A stretch of 59,201 bases of DNA from Candidatus Woesearchaeota archaeon (lineage in GTDB: Archaea > Nanobdellota > Nanobdellia > Woesearchaeales > JABGXB01). The stretch spans positions 1 through 59,201 of the forward strand of contig JABGXB010000001.1 in assembly GCA_018675975.1 (NCBI GenBank), given 5' to 3'. Of this stretch, positions 29,658 through 38,773 are shown in pieces. Positions within the stretch are counted from its first letter, which is position 1, and each line of letters opens with the position of its first letter. A program made the translations under genes and the position numbers. The notes under the pieces are model-generated. The model was not told the DNA's origin, made no database searches, and saw only the letters and a list, made by a program, of their open reading frames with translations.

Positions 29658-32159
29658 ATGGTAGATTTTACTTATTTTGAATTATTGTATAGTATTCCAA
29701 TTTTACTTTTAATTAATTATATTTTTATTAAATTTAATTTTGTTAAATTAAATCCTCATGATCCTGATTATAAAACTAGGACTGAAAAAAGAATAAAGCA
29801 ACAAAGAATGTTACTTTTATTTAGATCTATTTTAATTGTATTAATGGTTTTAGCAATTAGTGATCCAATTATAAAAACACATACTGATTTGGAAACGGAT
29901 CCTTATATTAAAATAATAGTTGATAAAAGTAGTTCAATGGAATTATTTAGTGAAAATAAAATAAATGATTTAATTACAGAAATTGGAGTGAAAGTTGATA
30001 ATTTGAAAATTTTATCTTTTGGTAATGATATAAGTCCAGGTTTATTTTTATCGACAAATGCAAATCAAGGTGAACATATATTATTCATAACAGATGGTTG
30101 GGATAATATTAATGGTGATTTATCAAATTCAATTAATTATGTAAAAAGTTTAAATTCAACAGTTCATACATTACAATTGCATCAACAAAAAAAAGATTCA
30201 CCAATTTCTATTTTAGGACCGAGTAAAGTTATTGAAGATATTGATAATGCATTTAAAGTTAAAATTTTAGGTAAGAATAATATTAAAATTAGTGTTGATA
30301 ATAATGAAATTTTTAAAGGTGAGATTGAAGATAGTCATGATTTAAAATTAAGTTTTTTAGATGGTTCACATACTATTAAAGCTGAAATTTTAAAAAAGGA
30401 TTATTTTTCGCAAAATAATATATTTTACAAAACAGTTCATACTATAAAAAAACCAAAAATTGCAATGGTTGGTCCTGCAAATGTTTTGTATAATACTTTG
30501 AGTAAAAAATATGACATTACAAAATTTTCGTCAATTCCAAATGATTTAACAAATTATCATTTAGTAATTGTTTATGATAAAAATATAGATGAATTGGGTG
30601 ATACTTCTAGTTTAGAATCATTTATTATTGATGGTGGTGGTGTTATTGTTTTTGGTGGTTCTAATTCATATGATAGGGGTGGATATGAAGGAAGTAATTT
30701 TGAAAAATTATTACCTGTTTCAGTTGCATCTGCACAAAGAAAAAGATCACCATCAAATATAGCATTGATTGTTGATGTATCAGAATCTGGTAAAGATTTT
30801 AGTGGTGCGGGTATATCTGTTTTAGATTTACAAAAATCAGTTGCACATGAATTTGTTAAAAATACTGCTGGTTATCATAATTTAGGTTTAATTGTTTTTG
30901 CATATAGACCATATTCAGTTAGTGAAATGAGTACTTTAGTTGAAAAAAAACAATCAATATTGTCTGATATTACAAAATTACAAGCAATTGGTGGTGGAAC
31001 TTATATTGCTCCATCATTACGTATGGCAAAACAATTTTTTGTTAATGCAAAAGGTGATAAAAATATTGTATTAATTTCAGATGGTAAACAATTTTTACGT
31101 AATTCTGATGGTGCAGTAAGAGAAATGATTAAAGTTGCTGGTGATTTGAGAGAAACAGGAATTAAAATTCATGTTATTCAGACTGGTGAAATTTCATTTG
31201 AAAGTTTAAGAAAATCATTAGAACAAAATTTAAAAAATGCAAAAAGCGATCCTGAAAATTATGGGTCTGCACAAATTGAATATTTGGAGAGTGTTACTGA
31301 TCGAGAAATTAGAGAGAAAGTAGATTTATATAAAGGATTATTTGATGATTCAATGAAGGCAATTTCCGAAATTACAAATGGATATTATTTTAAATTAAAT
31401 GATAGAAAAAAATTAAATATATTATTTAGTGATCCTGATGGTGAAGATTTTGAACCTCAAAATATTGCCACATTTATTGATTCAAATCATTTTATTTCAA
31501 GAGATTTAAGTTTAAATGCAAAACTTCCTGGATTTAATAATGTAGTTTCTAAATCCTCTGGTAGAGTTATTGCAACATTAGATACAGGTGAACCAGTAAT
31601 CACTACAAGAAGATATGGATTAGGTCGGTCAGTTTCAGTTACTGCATTTAATCCACCAAGTGGACTTGGTGAATTAATTAATCATAAGGAAGTTATTGGA
31701 AGAATGATTAACTATGGAATTGGAGATCCCAATAGACTTGAAAGTTTTGTTATTGAAGTAAAAGATGGATTTGCAAATACAACAAATACAATTACTGTAA
31801 AGTCAGATATTCCGCCAACTCATAAAAAATTAGTTTTTTCAAGTATAAAACCTAATGTTTATGAAAGTTCAATAATGCACGATTCAATAGGTGTTTTTAA
31901 TATTTTTAATAAACCGTATTCAATAAATTATAATCCTGAATATTTAAATTTAGGTTATAATGAAGATTTTATTAGTCAAATAAGATTATTTGGTGGAACT
32001 GAATTTGATTATGATGCAGATCAAATAATTGAATATTTAAGAAGTATTAATATTGCAAAACAAACGAAAACTATTTATGTATTTAAATATTTTATAATGT
32101 TAGCTATATTAATATATTTATCAGAAATATTTATTAGAAGGTATTTATCAAAAACATAG
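29658..32159 (+). CDS. vWA-domain membrane protein with GATase-like (DUF1355-like) segment
   Basis: VDKSSSM, VDVSESG, GGGTYIA, LISDG, GGGVIVFGG...LLPV, YGLGRSV. Confidence 0.82.
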   Translation: MVDFTYFELLYSIPILLLINYIFIKFNFVKLNPHDPDYKTRTEKRIKQQRMLLLFRSILIVLMVLAISDPIIKTHTDLETDPYIKIIVDKSSSMELFSENKINDLITEIGVKVDNLKILSFGNDISPGLFLSTNANQGEHILFITDGWDNINGDLSNSINYVKSLNSTVHTLQLHQQKKDSPISILGPSKVIEDIDNAFKVKILGKNNIKISVDNNEIFKGEIEDSHDLKLSFLDGSHTIKAEILKKDYFSQNNIFYKTVHTIKKPKIAMVGPANVLYNTLSKKYDITKFSSIPNDLTNYHLVIVYDKNIDELGDTSSLESFIIDGGGVIVFGGSNSYDRGGYEGSNFEKLLPVSVASAQRKRSPSNIALIVDVSESGKDFSGAGISVLDLQKSVAHEFVKNTAGYHNLGLIVFAYRPYSVSEMSTLVEKKQSILSDITKLQAIGGGTYIAPSLRMAKQFFVNAKGDKNIVLISDGKQFLRNSDGAVREMIKVAGDLRETGIKIHVIQTGEISFESLRKSLEQNLKNAKSDPENYGSAQIEYLESVTDREIREKVDLYKGLFDDSMKAISEITNGYYFKLNDRKKLNILFSDPDGEDFEPQNIATFIDSNHFISRDLSLNAKLPGFNNVVSKSSGRVIATLDTGEPVITTRRYGLGRSVSVTAFNPPSGLGELINHKEVIGRMINYGIGDPNRLESFVIEVKDGFANTTNTITVKSDIPPTHKKLVFSSIKPNVYESSIMHDSIGVFNIFNKPYSINYNPEYLNLGYNEDFISQIRLFGGTEFDYDADQIIEYLRSINIAKQTKTIYVFKYFIMLAILIYLSEIFIRRYLSKT

Positions 32160-32169
32160 AGGTATAATT

Positions 32170-32679
32170 ATGAATTCAGCTTTAAATAAAAATGTAAATG
32201 CAATTTTGCTTTTATTAACGGTATTTTTAATTTTAACAGTAGCAGCATTGCCTATTTATTTTGATTATCAATTATCGGAATTAAAAGATGATTATGTAAG
32301 TTCAAGAGTTATGGTTGATAATTTAACTAAATTATTAGATGATAGTAAAGGTTCGGCTCAATTTTATAAAAAAGAATATGATAGTATTGAAAAAGAATAT
32401 AATACACTTAGAAATTCATTTTCGCAATATGATGATTTATATAGTGAAACTCAAAGTGAATTAAATGAAACAAAAGAATCATTTTCAAATCAAAAATCAA
32501 TACTTGAAAATACAGTTCAAAATTTAAAATCTGATATTAATGAAAATGAAGAATTATTATCAACTTGTATTGAAGAAAGAAAAGACTTTTTAGAAGATAA
32601 AAATAAATATGAAGAAATGTATGATTCATGTTCAGATGATTTAGAAGATGCTGAAGATGAAATTAAGAGATTAAAATGA
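32170..32679 (+). CDS. Single-TM coiled-coil protein
   Basis: N-terminal hydrophobic helix followed by an acidic heptad-rich region; in the MoxR operon. Confidence 0.75.
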   Translation: MNSALNKNVNAILLLLTVFLILTVAALPIYFDYQLSELKDDYVSSRVMVDNLTKLLDDSKGSAQFYKKEYDSIEKEYNTLRNSFSQYDDLYSETQSELNETKESFSNQKSILENTVQNLKSDINENEELLSTCIEERKDFLEDKNKYEEMYDSCSDDLEDAEDEIKRLK

Positions 32680-33470
32680 AAGATATAAATTCAATATTTT
32701 TAGAACTAAAATATGAAATTTCCAAAATTGAATTAGCAAATGCTATATTAGATTCTGTATTATTTATATTTTTATTAAAATTATTGGATTTATTTTTTGG
32801 TTTTTCTGCATTTAGTTTAGTAATGTTTACACTTATATTTTTTGGAATTAATTTATTTATTAGAATTAAACAAATTGATTTACGTAATGTTGAAAAAAAA
32901 AATCCTGTAATTAAAGATATTTTAAGAACGGCAAATGATTATAAAAATTATTTTGTGAAAAATTCTAAATCTAGTGAAGAAGATATTTTAGTTAAGGGAT
33001 TATATAATGATTTTAAATTTTTAATGCATAGAGTTAAAACTGAAACATTTATTGATATTAATTTATTTTTTAAAAAAGTAAGTTTAGCTGTATTATTATC
33101 ATTTTTATTAGTATTTGCTTCATTTATTTCAATTGATGTTTCTGAATTTTTAAATGATGTTGATAGGCAAGTGGAAGAAGCAACTAAATTAAAAACTACA
33201 CAGAGTGTAGAAGAAGATGCATTATCTACATATAATGATTTATTTGGTGAAGAAACAGATTTAATTAATTTAGATGAAGGTAATTTTGATATATCGGTTA
33301 CTGGTCAACAAATGGATATGGACGTTTCAAAAAAAACTGGATTTACATTGCAAGAGTTTGAAGGATATGAAGAATTTTATGAAGATAATGATATTAATTC
33401 TGATGAACAATTTAGAGAAGAAATAAGTAATATTGATCGTGAATTAGTAAAAGCATATTTTAAAGATTAA
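32676..33470 (+). CDS. Membrane protein of the MoxR/vWA operon
   Basis: Three hydrophobic segments, VEKKNPVIKDILRTA, acidic tail; ATGA overlap with the previous gene. Confidence 0.75.
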   Translation: MKDINSIFLELKYEISKIELANAILDSVLFIFLLKLLDLFFGFSAFSLVMFTLIFFGINLFIRIKQIDLRNVEKKNPVIKDILRTANDYKNYFVKNSKSSEEDILVKGLYNDFKFLMHRVKTETFIDINLFFKKVSLAVLLSFLLVFASFISIDVSEFLNDVDRQVEEATKLKTTQSVEEDALSTYNDLFGEETDLINLDEGNFDISVTGQQMDMDVSKKTGFTLQEFEGYEEFYEDNDINSDEQFREEISNIDRELVKAYFKD

Positions 33471-33486
33471 GCTTATATTGGAATTT

Positions 33487-33503
33487 CTTAATATTTGTTA
33501 AAT
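33487..33503 (-). mobile_element. Partial attC-like site (one arm only)
   Basis: Minus strand ATTTAAC-AAAT-ATTAAG; same TTGTTAAATGA context as 34654-34664; no matching distal GTTRRRY. Confidence 0.4.
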
Positions 33504-33612
33504 GATCCGAACGAAGTGAGAGTTTATCGAGTGAAGAATTCAAGAAAGAGGGCGTTCATCATATGAGCAAATGCAATACATCAAGAACAATAATTAAGGA
33601 TCAAAAAAGTGA

Positions 33613-34512
33613 TTAAAGAATTTTATTTAGTTCAGAAAATCCTTCTTGAAATCTATTATTAATAAAAGTATATTTCTTAATATCTGAAGACTCAATCCAT
33701 TCTTCAAATTTCTTTTTATTCCCTATATAATATATATGTCCTTTAGTTTTAGCTAAAACATCCCATATATGACTATCAGGAATATGTGGTGCTATACCAA
33801 TAAGAATTATTTTTTCTGCATTTTTAATAAATTCCTGCCATGATTTTTGTATAAATTCAATCATTGCTCTAGCCATTTGATTTGGTTTATTTGGAGCATA
33901 TAAACTCATACAAGGATATAATGCATTTTCACGACAATATTTAGGAACATCTTCATTATTAATTAATTTTATTCCATTTCCATGAAATGTGGCACCAGAA
34001 AGATATTTAACTGCCCCTTTTGGAGCTTGAATACCCTTTACAATAAAATTACAAGAACCATGCAATTTCCAAAGAATGGATGTGTCTTTTGCTTCTGAAT
34101 ATTTTGGAAAATAGCACATTTTTCTTTGAGCTATTAATAATGAATGTTCTATTAATGAATCATAATTAACTGTAGAAAATACATACTCGTTTATTTTATT
34201 TGAGTCAATTAGGCTATTCATTAATTGACTATAAAGATTATTATGATCACTAAGTCTAAATTCGGCAAAAAAACAGGCCATGTCTTGCATTAAATTAGGT
34301 ACAATTTCAGAATATTTATTCCACACTTCTTCCATACCTTCTTCAAAGTTATTTTTAAACATTGAAGATAATGATGAATTAAGTGCACCCCAAGTTTTAG
34401 GAAATTTATTGATTAAAATCTCAAATAATTCTGATCCTAAGGGTGGTGAGTTAGGTAGTACATTTGATAATCCTTTACTAGCGCCTGCTCCAAATAATAT
34501 AATGTTCTTCAT
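33613..34512 (-). CDS. SIR2-like domain protein (putative cassette gene, possible defence NADase)
   Basis: IILFGAGAS, STVNYDSLIE, WKLHGSCNF, IILIG...DSHIW. Confidence 0.82.
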   Translation of the reverse strand: MKNIILFGAGASKGLSNVLPNSPPLGSELFEILINKFPKTWGALNSSLSSMFKNNFEEGMEEVWNKYSEIVPNLMQDMACFFAEFRLSDHNNLYSQLMNSLIDSNKINEYVFSTVNYDSLIEHSLLIAQRKMCYFPKYSEAKDTSILWKLHGSCNFIVKGIQAPKGAVKYLSGATFHGNGIKLINNEDVPKYCRENALYPCMSLYAPNKPNQMARAMIEFIQKSWQEFIKNAEKIILIGIAPHIPDSHIWDVLAKTKGHIYYIGNKKKFEEWIESSDIKKYTFINNRFQEGFSELNKIL

Positions 34513-34568
34513 ATTATCTTTATGAAATTAATTGAATTTATAACTTTTTAGCTCTCTTTCTCGATTGA

Positions 34569-34662
34569 ACTTAACATCGGAATTATAAGAAGTTTTCGGA
34601 GTGTAGCGGAGAAAATTTGGGGAAATTTTTACAAGGGATTTTCTGGATAATTCTTGTTAAAT
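34569..34662 (-). mobile_element. attC-like recombination site (94 bp)
   Basis: Minus strand ATTTAAC AAGA ATTATCCAGAA ... TTCTTATAAT TCCGAT GTTAAGT: RYYYAAC/GTTRRRY ends with an inner imperfect inverted repeat and an unpaired base. Confidence 0.65.
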
Positions 34663-34720
34663 GAGGGTGAGAAGTGAAACGACGAAAGGGCAACACACCC
34701 TGGAGTTTTAATTTTGACTG

Positions 34721-35275
34721 TTAGAAGCACAAGTCTTTAGGATTATAATCTACTTTTTCTTTTGCGATATTTCTAAGAAGTTCGGGATTCATTATTTGAA
34801 TTGAATGATTATATCTATCAGAAGTTGGATTAATTTCTTGTTTATCCGTAATTTTTCCATCAAAAATATATGTCTGCCATCCAAATTTATCATAAAATTG
34901 TTTGATTGTATTTGCAGCACTTCTAACTTGAGAAACTCCATCTATTTGGACAATATCTAAATCAGGAAGAAGTACTTCTTCATTTTCAGATTCTGGATTG
35001 AATAAATAACTAGAGGATTTAAACCTATTATTTATACTTCCAATTCTAATCATTGGTTGATTTGCAAATAGTATAAGTAATAAATTTCTTCCATTTTTTT
35101 GTCCAACAACAGTTTCATAATCAGGAGTTTCTACAAAAGTCATATATTTTTTATCAAAAGAAATTAATTTATCATAGTCTTCAATTGCCATTTTAGTGTA
35201 ATCTCTTGCAACTTCTTGTTCAAGTTTTCCACTATAAACTTGCTTTGGATTACAAAATATAATTAATTCAGACAT
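34721..35275 (-). CDS. Hypothetical protein (putative cassette gene)
   Basis: 184-aa ORF bracketed by perfectly complementary GTTAAATGA (34656) and TCATTTAAC (35345); own TATA box. Confidence 0.75.
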   Translation of the reverse strand: MSELIIFCNPKQVYSGKLEQEVARDYTKMAIEDYDKLISFDKKYMTFVETPDYETVVGQKNGRNLLLILFANQPMIRIGSINNRFKSSSYLFNPESENEEVLLPDLDIVQIDGVSQVRSAANTIKQFYDKFGWQTYIFDGKITDKQEINPTSDRYNHSIQIMNPELLRNIAKEKVDYNPKDLCF

Positions 35276-35346
35276 ATTATTCGCAACTGATTAAGAGTAT
35301 ATAAAATTATTGCAAAAAAAATCATTAAGGCCAAAATTAAAATTTC

Positions 35347-35431
35347 ATTTAACATCGTGATTAAGTGATGTTTCACAAAGTAAAATATGGGAGAGCAAAG
35401 TGCAACGAGTGAACCACTTACGCTGTTAGTT
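35347..35431 (-). mobile_element. attC-like recombination site (85 bp)
   Basis: Minus strand AACTAAC AGCG TAAGTGGTTCAC ... GTGAAACATCACTTAAT CACGAT GTTAAAT; L'-6 nt-R' arrangement like canonical attC. Confidence 0.6.
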
Positions 35432-35510
35432 ACCCGAACCAAAGTTTATGATTGCGAAGCAAATCAATAAACGATGTGAGAGTGCAACGTGATCGACAAA
35501 AGGGAAAAGT

Positions 35511-35930
35511 TTATTTTTTAGGTCTACATTTAATGTATAACCCGTTTAATGGAAAATAGATTATTAAAATTATTATTAAGGTTCCTAACCAATAGATGGT
35601 TTTAGGAAAATAAGAATTATATAATATCATTAAAGTTGATACTATTACTACTATTAAACTTATGAAGAAATTATCATAGAAATTTTGCATATCTATTAAA
35701 TCTTTTGCACCATAATATTTCTCATATGTTTTGTAAGCTACATACAATAAAAATACTACAAATACTCCTAGGATGGATGACTTTTCCCACCCATATGTCC
35801 ATTTAGGTAAATTATAGTTTAATAGTATTGAAATATATTTTCCAAAAAAGAATGAAACAATCATAGATGCAATGAAGGCTGAATTGAAATTCTTAGATTT
35901 TCTCCAGTTATTTTTTATTAGTTTAATCAT
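35511..35930 (-). CDS. Small four-TM membrane protein (putative cassette gene)
   Basis: 139 aa, four hydrophobic segments; lies upstream of an attC-like site. Confidence 0.7.
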   Translation of the reverse strand: MIKLIKNNWRKSKNFNSAFIASMIVSFFFGKYISILLNYNLPKWTYGWEKSSILGVFVVFLLYVAYKTYEKYYGAKDLIDMQNFYDNFFISLIVVIVSTLMILYNSYFPKTIYWLGTLIIILIIYFPLNGLYIKCRPKK

Positions 35931-36030
35931 ATTAGTGGTGGTGTTATATACATATATAAATCTTTAGATCTAAAAAACAAATTGTATCTAATACATATTA
36001 AATAAAAATATTATAAAAGAAAATTAAAAA

Positions 36031-36543
36031 TCAATTAATGGAGTCTATTTCTTCTTGTTCATTAACTATTAATTTATTTATTAGAGCAAAACCATTGTCA
36101 TCTAAAACAATTTCAATATCAGTTCTATCCATATTATTTTCATAATATCTGCCTGTTTTTTCTTCAATAAAATAACTTTCGATTCCATATTTTACTCTTA
36201 AATTATTACTATAATGACTTTGTACTATTCCTTTAATAAATAGTTTATCTGGAATTGTTTTTCTTACAGAAAGAAATCTGTGATATTTTCCATCTTGTTT
36301 TAATATTATATAAACTGTATCTCCAGGCTTATATTTATGTATTTCTGATGAAAAATCTAATCTTGATATATCATAAGATAAAGTTACATAATTTCCTCTA
36401 AAAAGATCCCAAGGATCTACTGGTTGAGTTTTTAATAATACTTTTGTACCTGTTTCTAATTTATAATTATGATACATAATCATAAATGAAATAATAAATA
36501 CCCAAATTAATATTATAATTAGTATGCTATATCTTTTATTCAT
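36031..36543 (-). CDS. GDYXXLXY-domain membrane-anchored protein
   Basis: PVDPWDLFRGNYVTLSY, YGIESYFIEE. Confidence 0.9.
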   Translation of the reverse strand: MNKRYSILIIILIWVFIISFMIMYHNYKLETGTKVLLKTQPVDPWDLFRGNYVTLSYDISRLDFSSEIHKYKPGDTVYIILKQDGKYHRFLSVRKTIPDKLFIKGIVQSHYSNNLRVKYGIESYFIEEKTGRYYENNMDRTDIEIVLDDNGFALINKLIVNEQEEIDSIN

Positions 36544-38212
36544 TTTCTATGTTTTTTTTACCTTTTTTTTCAATAAAAATTGTTATTCCAAGAATTAATA
36601 TTCCACCAATAATAAAAAATAATCCTTTATTTGTCATTGACCAAAATAAATCAAAATATTTAATTAACATCCATAATACAAATAATCCTAATGATAAATT
36701 AAATAAAGATGGATTTTTAATTTTTACAAAATAGTATATTAAGAATAATATGGATATTAAACTTAATGCATTAAATAATATTAATAGTGCATATATATAT
36801 TTTGTAATTGTAAATGATAATAATAGAGCAATTAATAATATTAGTATAATAATTAATATATTTTTATCATTATTCTTTAATTTCTGAAATAATAAAAATA
36901 TTGATGATATAAATAATGCTAATATGAAAATTATTAATATATATGAAAATGTATATTGTGAATATTGATTAAACTCTGATAATATTTTGGAATTTGATAA
37001 TATAAATAGACTAAATATAGTGATGATTGTTCCTATTATTTTCATTGGTTTTACTGTTGGTAAGAACATTTTGTAAATTTTGTATTTTTCATAATAAAAT
37101 GATTTTACTATACATGAAATTCCAAATAATGAATTGAAAATAATCATTAATGGGGCATTTACACTATCATCTGGAAATGATATTGTTAAAAACAAATTAA
37201 ACCAAATTAAAAGTGAAACTAGGTTTACATAAATATTTACTTTTGACTTAAATTTTATTGATAAATAAATCAATAATAAGAAAGGAATTAAATATAATAA
37301 ATTAAGGAATTTTTGTTGTTGAAATTCAAATGAAAAAACAATCATCCAAAAAGTAAATATTACTGAAGTTAATGTAAAAAACAAATTAAATATATTTGTA
37401 TCATTATATTTATATTTTATAATTAAGGAATATATTAATAATAAAATTGCATTTAGTACTAATAATAAATGATTATCTGAATAAAAAATTGCTCCTAGTG
37501 ATACTATTATCAAACCAATTAAATTTGGAATTAATTTAGGTAATTCAAATTTGGATAGAGGAATAAATATTAATCCTAGTATTAATGGATAAAAATAATT
37601 TAATTTGTAAATATCTAATTGGAAATAAAAATTCCATATTATTAATAATATTGAACATAAAATAAAGCTTGAAGTAGATTTTAAAAAATATGCTACTAAT
37701 AATGATGTAAAAATCCATATTGCAATTAATGTACTATTATTTGCTGAAAGTGAAAACCAATTTGCAACTTGAAAAATTGTAGATCCATAAATAAGACATG
37801 ATGAAAATATTAAAGCACATCCTAATTTAAAATAATTTTTATTTTCAAATTTAAAATAATAACCTAATAATAAAACTACTATTGATGTGATTAATAATAA
37901 AATTGATTTAAACATATTTGGAAAATAATTCCAATTAGCTGCTACTAAAATTATAAAACCAAATCCTAAAATTAATGAACCAAAGATATAAAACAATTTA
38001 ACTAAATCCATATCAGTTTTTTCTTTTGGTTTATTACTATTTACATTATATTTATCTAATATTTTATTTCTTATATAATCATTAATTATATTATCTTTTT
38101 TCCAAGATAATGTTTCATCATTTAACCATTTTTTTTGTGGAATACTTAATTTATTATTAGAATTAGATTGTGAGGATTTTTTTGCAACTTTTTTAGTAGC
38201 TTTTTTAATCAT
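36536..38212 (-). CDS. DUF2157 multi-pass membrane protein
   Basis: GSLILGFGFIILVAANW; usual partner of GDYXXLXY genes, overlapping it. Confidence 0.88.
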   Translation of the reverse strand: MIKKATKKVAKKSSQSNSNNKLSIPQKKWLNDETLSWKKDNIINDYIRNKILDKYNVNSNKPKEKTDMDLVKLFYIFGSLILGFGFIILVAANWNYFPNMFKSILLLITSIVVLLLGYYFKFENKNYFKLGCALIFSSCLIYGSTIFQVANWFSLSANNSTLIAIWIFTSLLVAYFLKSTSSFILCSILLIIWNFYFQLDIYKLNYFYPLILGLIFIPLSKFELPKLIPNLIGLIIVSLGAIFYSDNHLLLVLNAILLLIYSLIIKYKYNDTNIFNLFFTLTSVIFTFWMIVFSFEFQQQKFLNLLYLIPFLLLIYLSIKFKSKVNIYVNLVSLLIWFNLFLTISFPDDSVNAPLMIIFNSLFGISCIVKSFYYEKYKIYKMFLPTVKPMKIIGTIITIFSLFILSNSKILSEFNQYSQYTFSYILIIFILALFISSIFLLFQKLKNNDKNILIIILILLIALLLSFTITKYIYALLILFNALSLISILFLIYYFVKIKNPSLFNLSLGLFVLWMLIKYFDLFWSMTNKGLFFIIGGILILGITIFIEKKGKKNIENE

Positions 38213-38322
38213 ATTATAATTATATTATTTTAATTTATAAGTTTATTAGTTATAGTGAAATCAATAATATAAAAAAGATAATTTTATAATAATTTTATAA
38301 TTTTTTATATTAAGGTGATAAA

Positions 38323-38715
38323 ATGATGGCTGGTTTTGAAAATGAAATGTTATTAACAATGATATATGGATTTTTACCTTTAGTAATTGGTTTAATATTA
38401 GCATTTTACATATATAATGCAATAGCATTAATGACAATAGCAAAAAAAACAAATACTCCTAATGCGTGGATGGCTTGGCTTCCAGTGTTTGATTTTTATT
38501 TAGTAACTCAAGTAGGTAAACTTTCAGGTTATTGGACTTTATCTTATTTGACAATATTTATTCCAATTATTGGTTCATTGTTTTTTCTTGGGGCATATAT
38601 TTATGCATGGGTTCATATGTGTACTGCGAGAAATAAACCAGGTTGGTTGGCAATATTTTTAATAATTCCATTTGGAAGAGAAATAATTGCAGGAATATTA
38701 GCTTGGGCTGATTGA
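38323..38715 (+). CDS. Small membrane protein (DUF5684-like)
   Basis: IAKKTNTPNAWMAWLPV and KPGWLAIFLIIPF; AGGTGA SD. Confidence 0.7.
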   Translation: MMAGFENEMLLTMIYGFLPLVIGLILAFYIYNAIALMTIAKKTNTPNAWMAWLPVFDFYLVTQVGKLSGYWTLSYLTIFIPIIGSLFFLGAYIYAWVHMCTARNKPGWLAIFLIIPFGREIIAGILAWAD

Positions 38716-38773
38716 TTTTTTTATTTTTTATTTTTTCGATTATTTTTTAAATTAAATCTTTTTCTTTCAAATT

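Noticed and set aside
33471..35510. GC-richer spacers as tRNA, CRISPR or C/D sRNA
   Set aside because: No cloverleaf or T-loop, no identical regularly spaced repeats and no convincing C/D box pairs; the attC-like reading fits better.
35931..36030. Expected fourth attC-like site upstream of the 139-aa gene
   Set aside because: No RYYYAAC/GTTRRRY pair was found, so the array appears to end or be eroded here.
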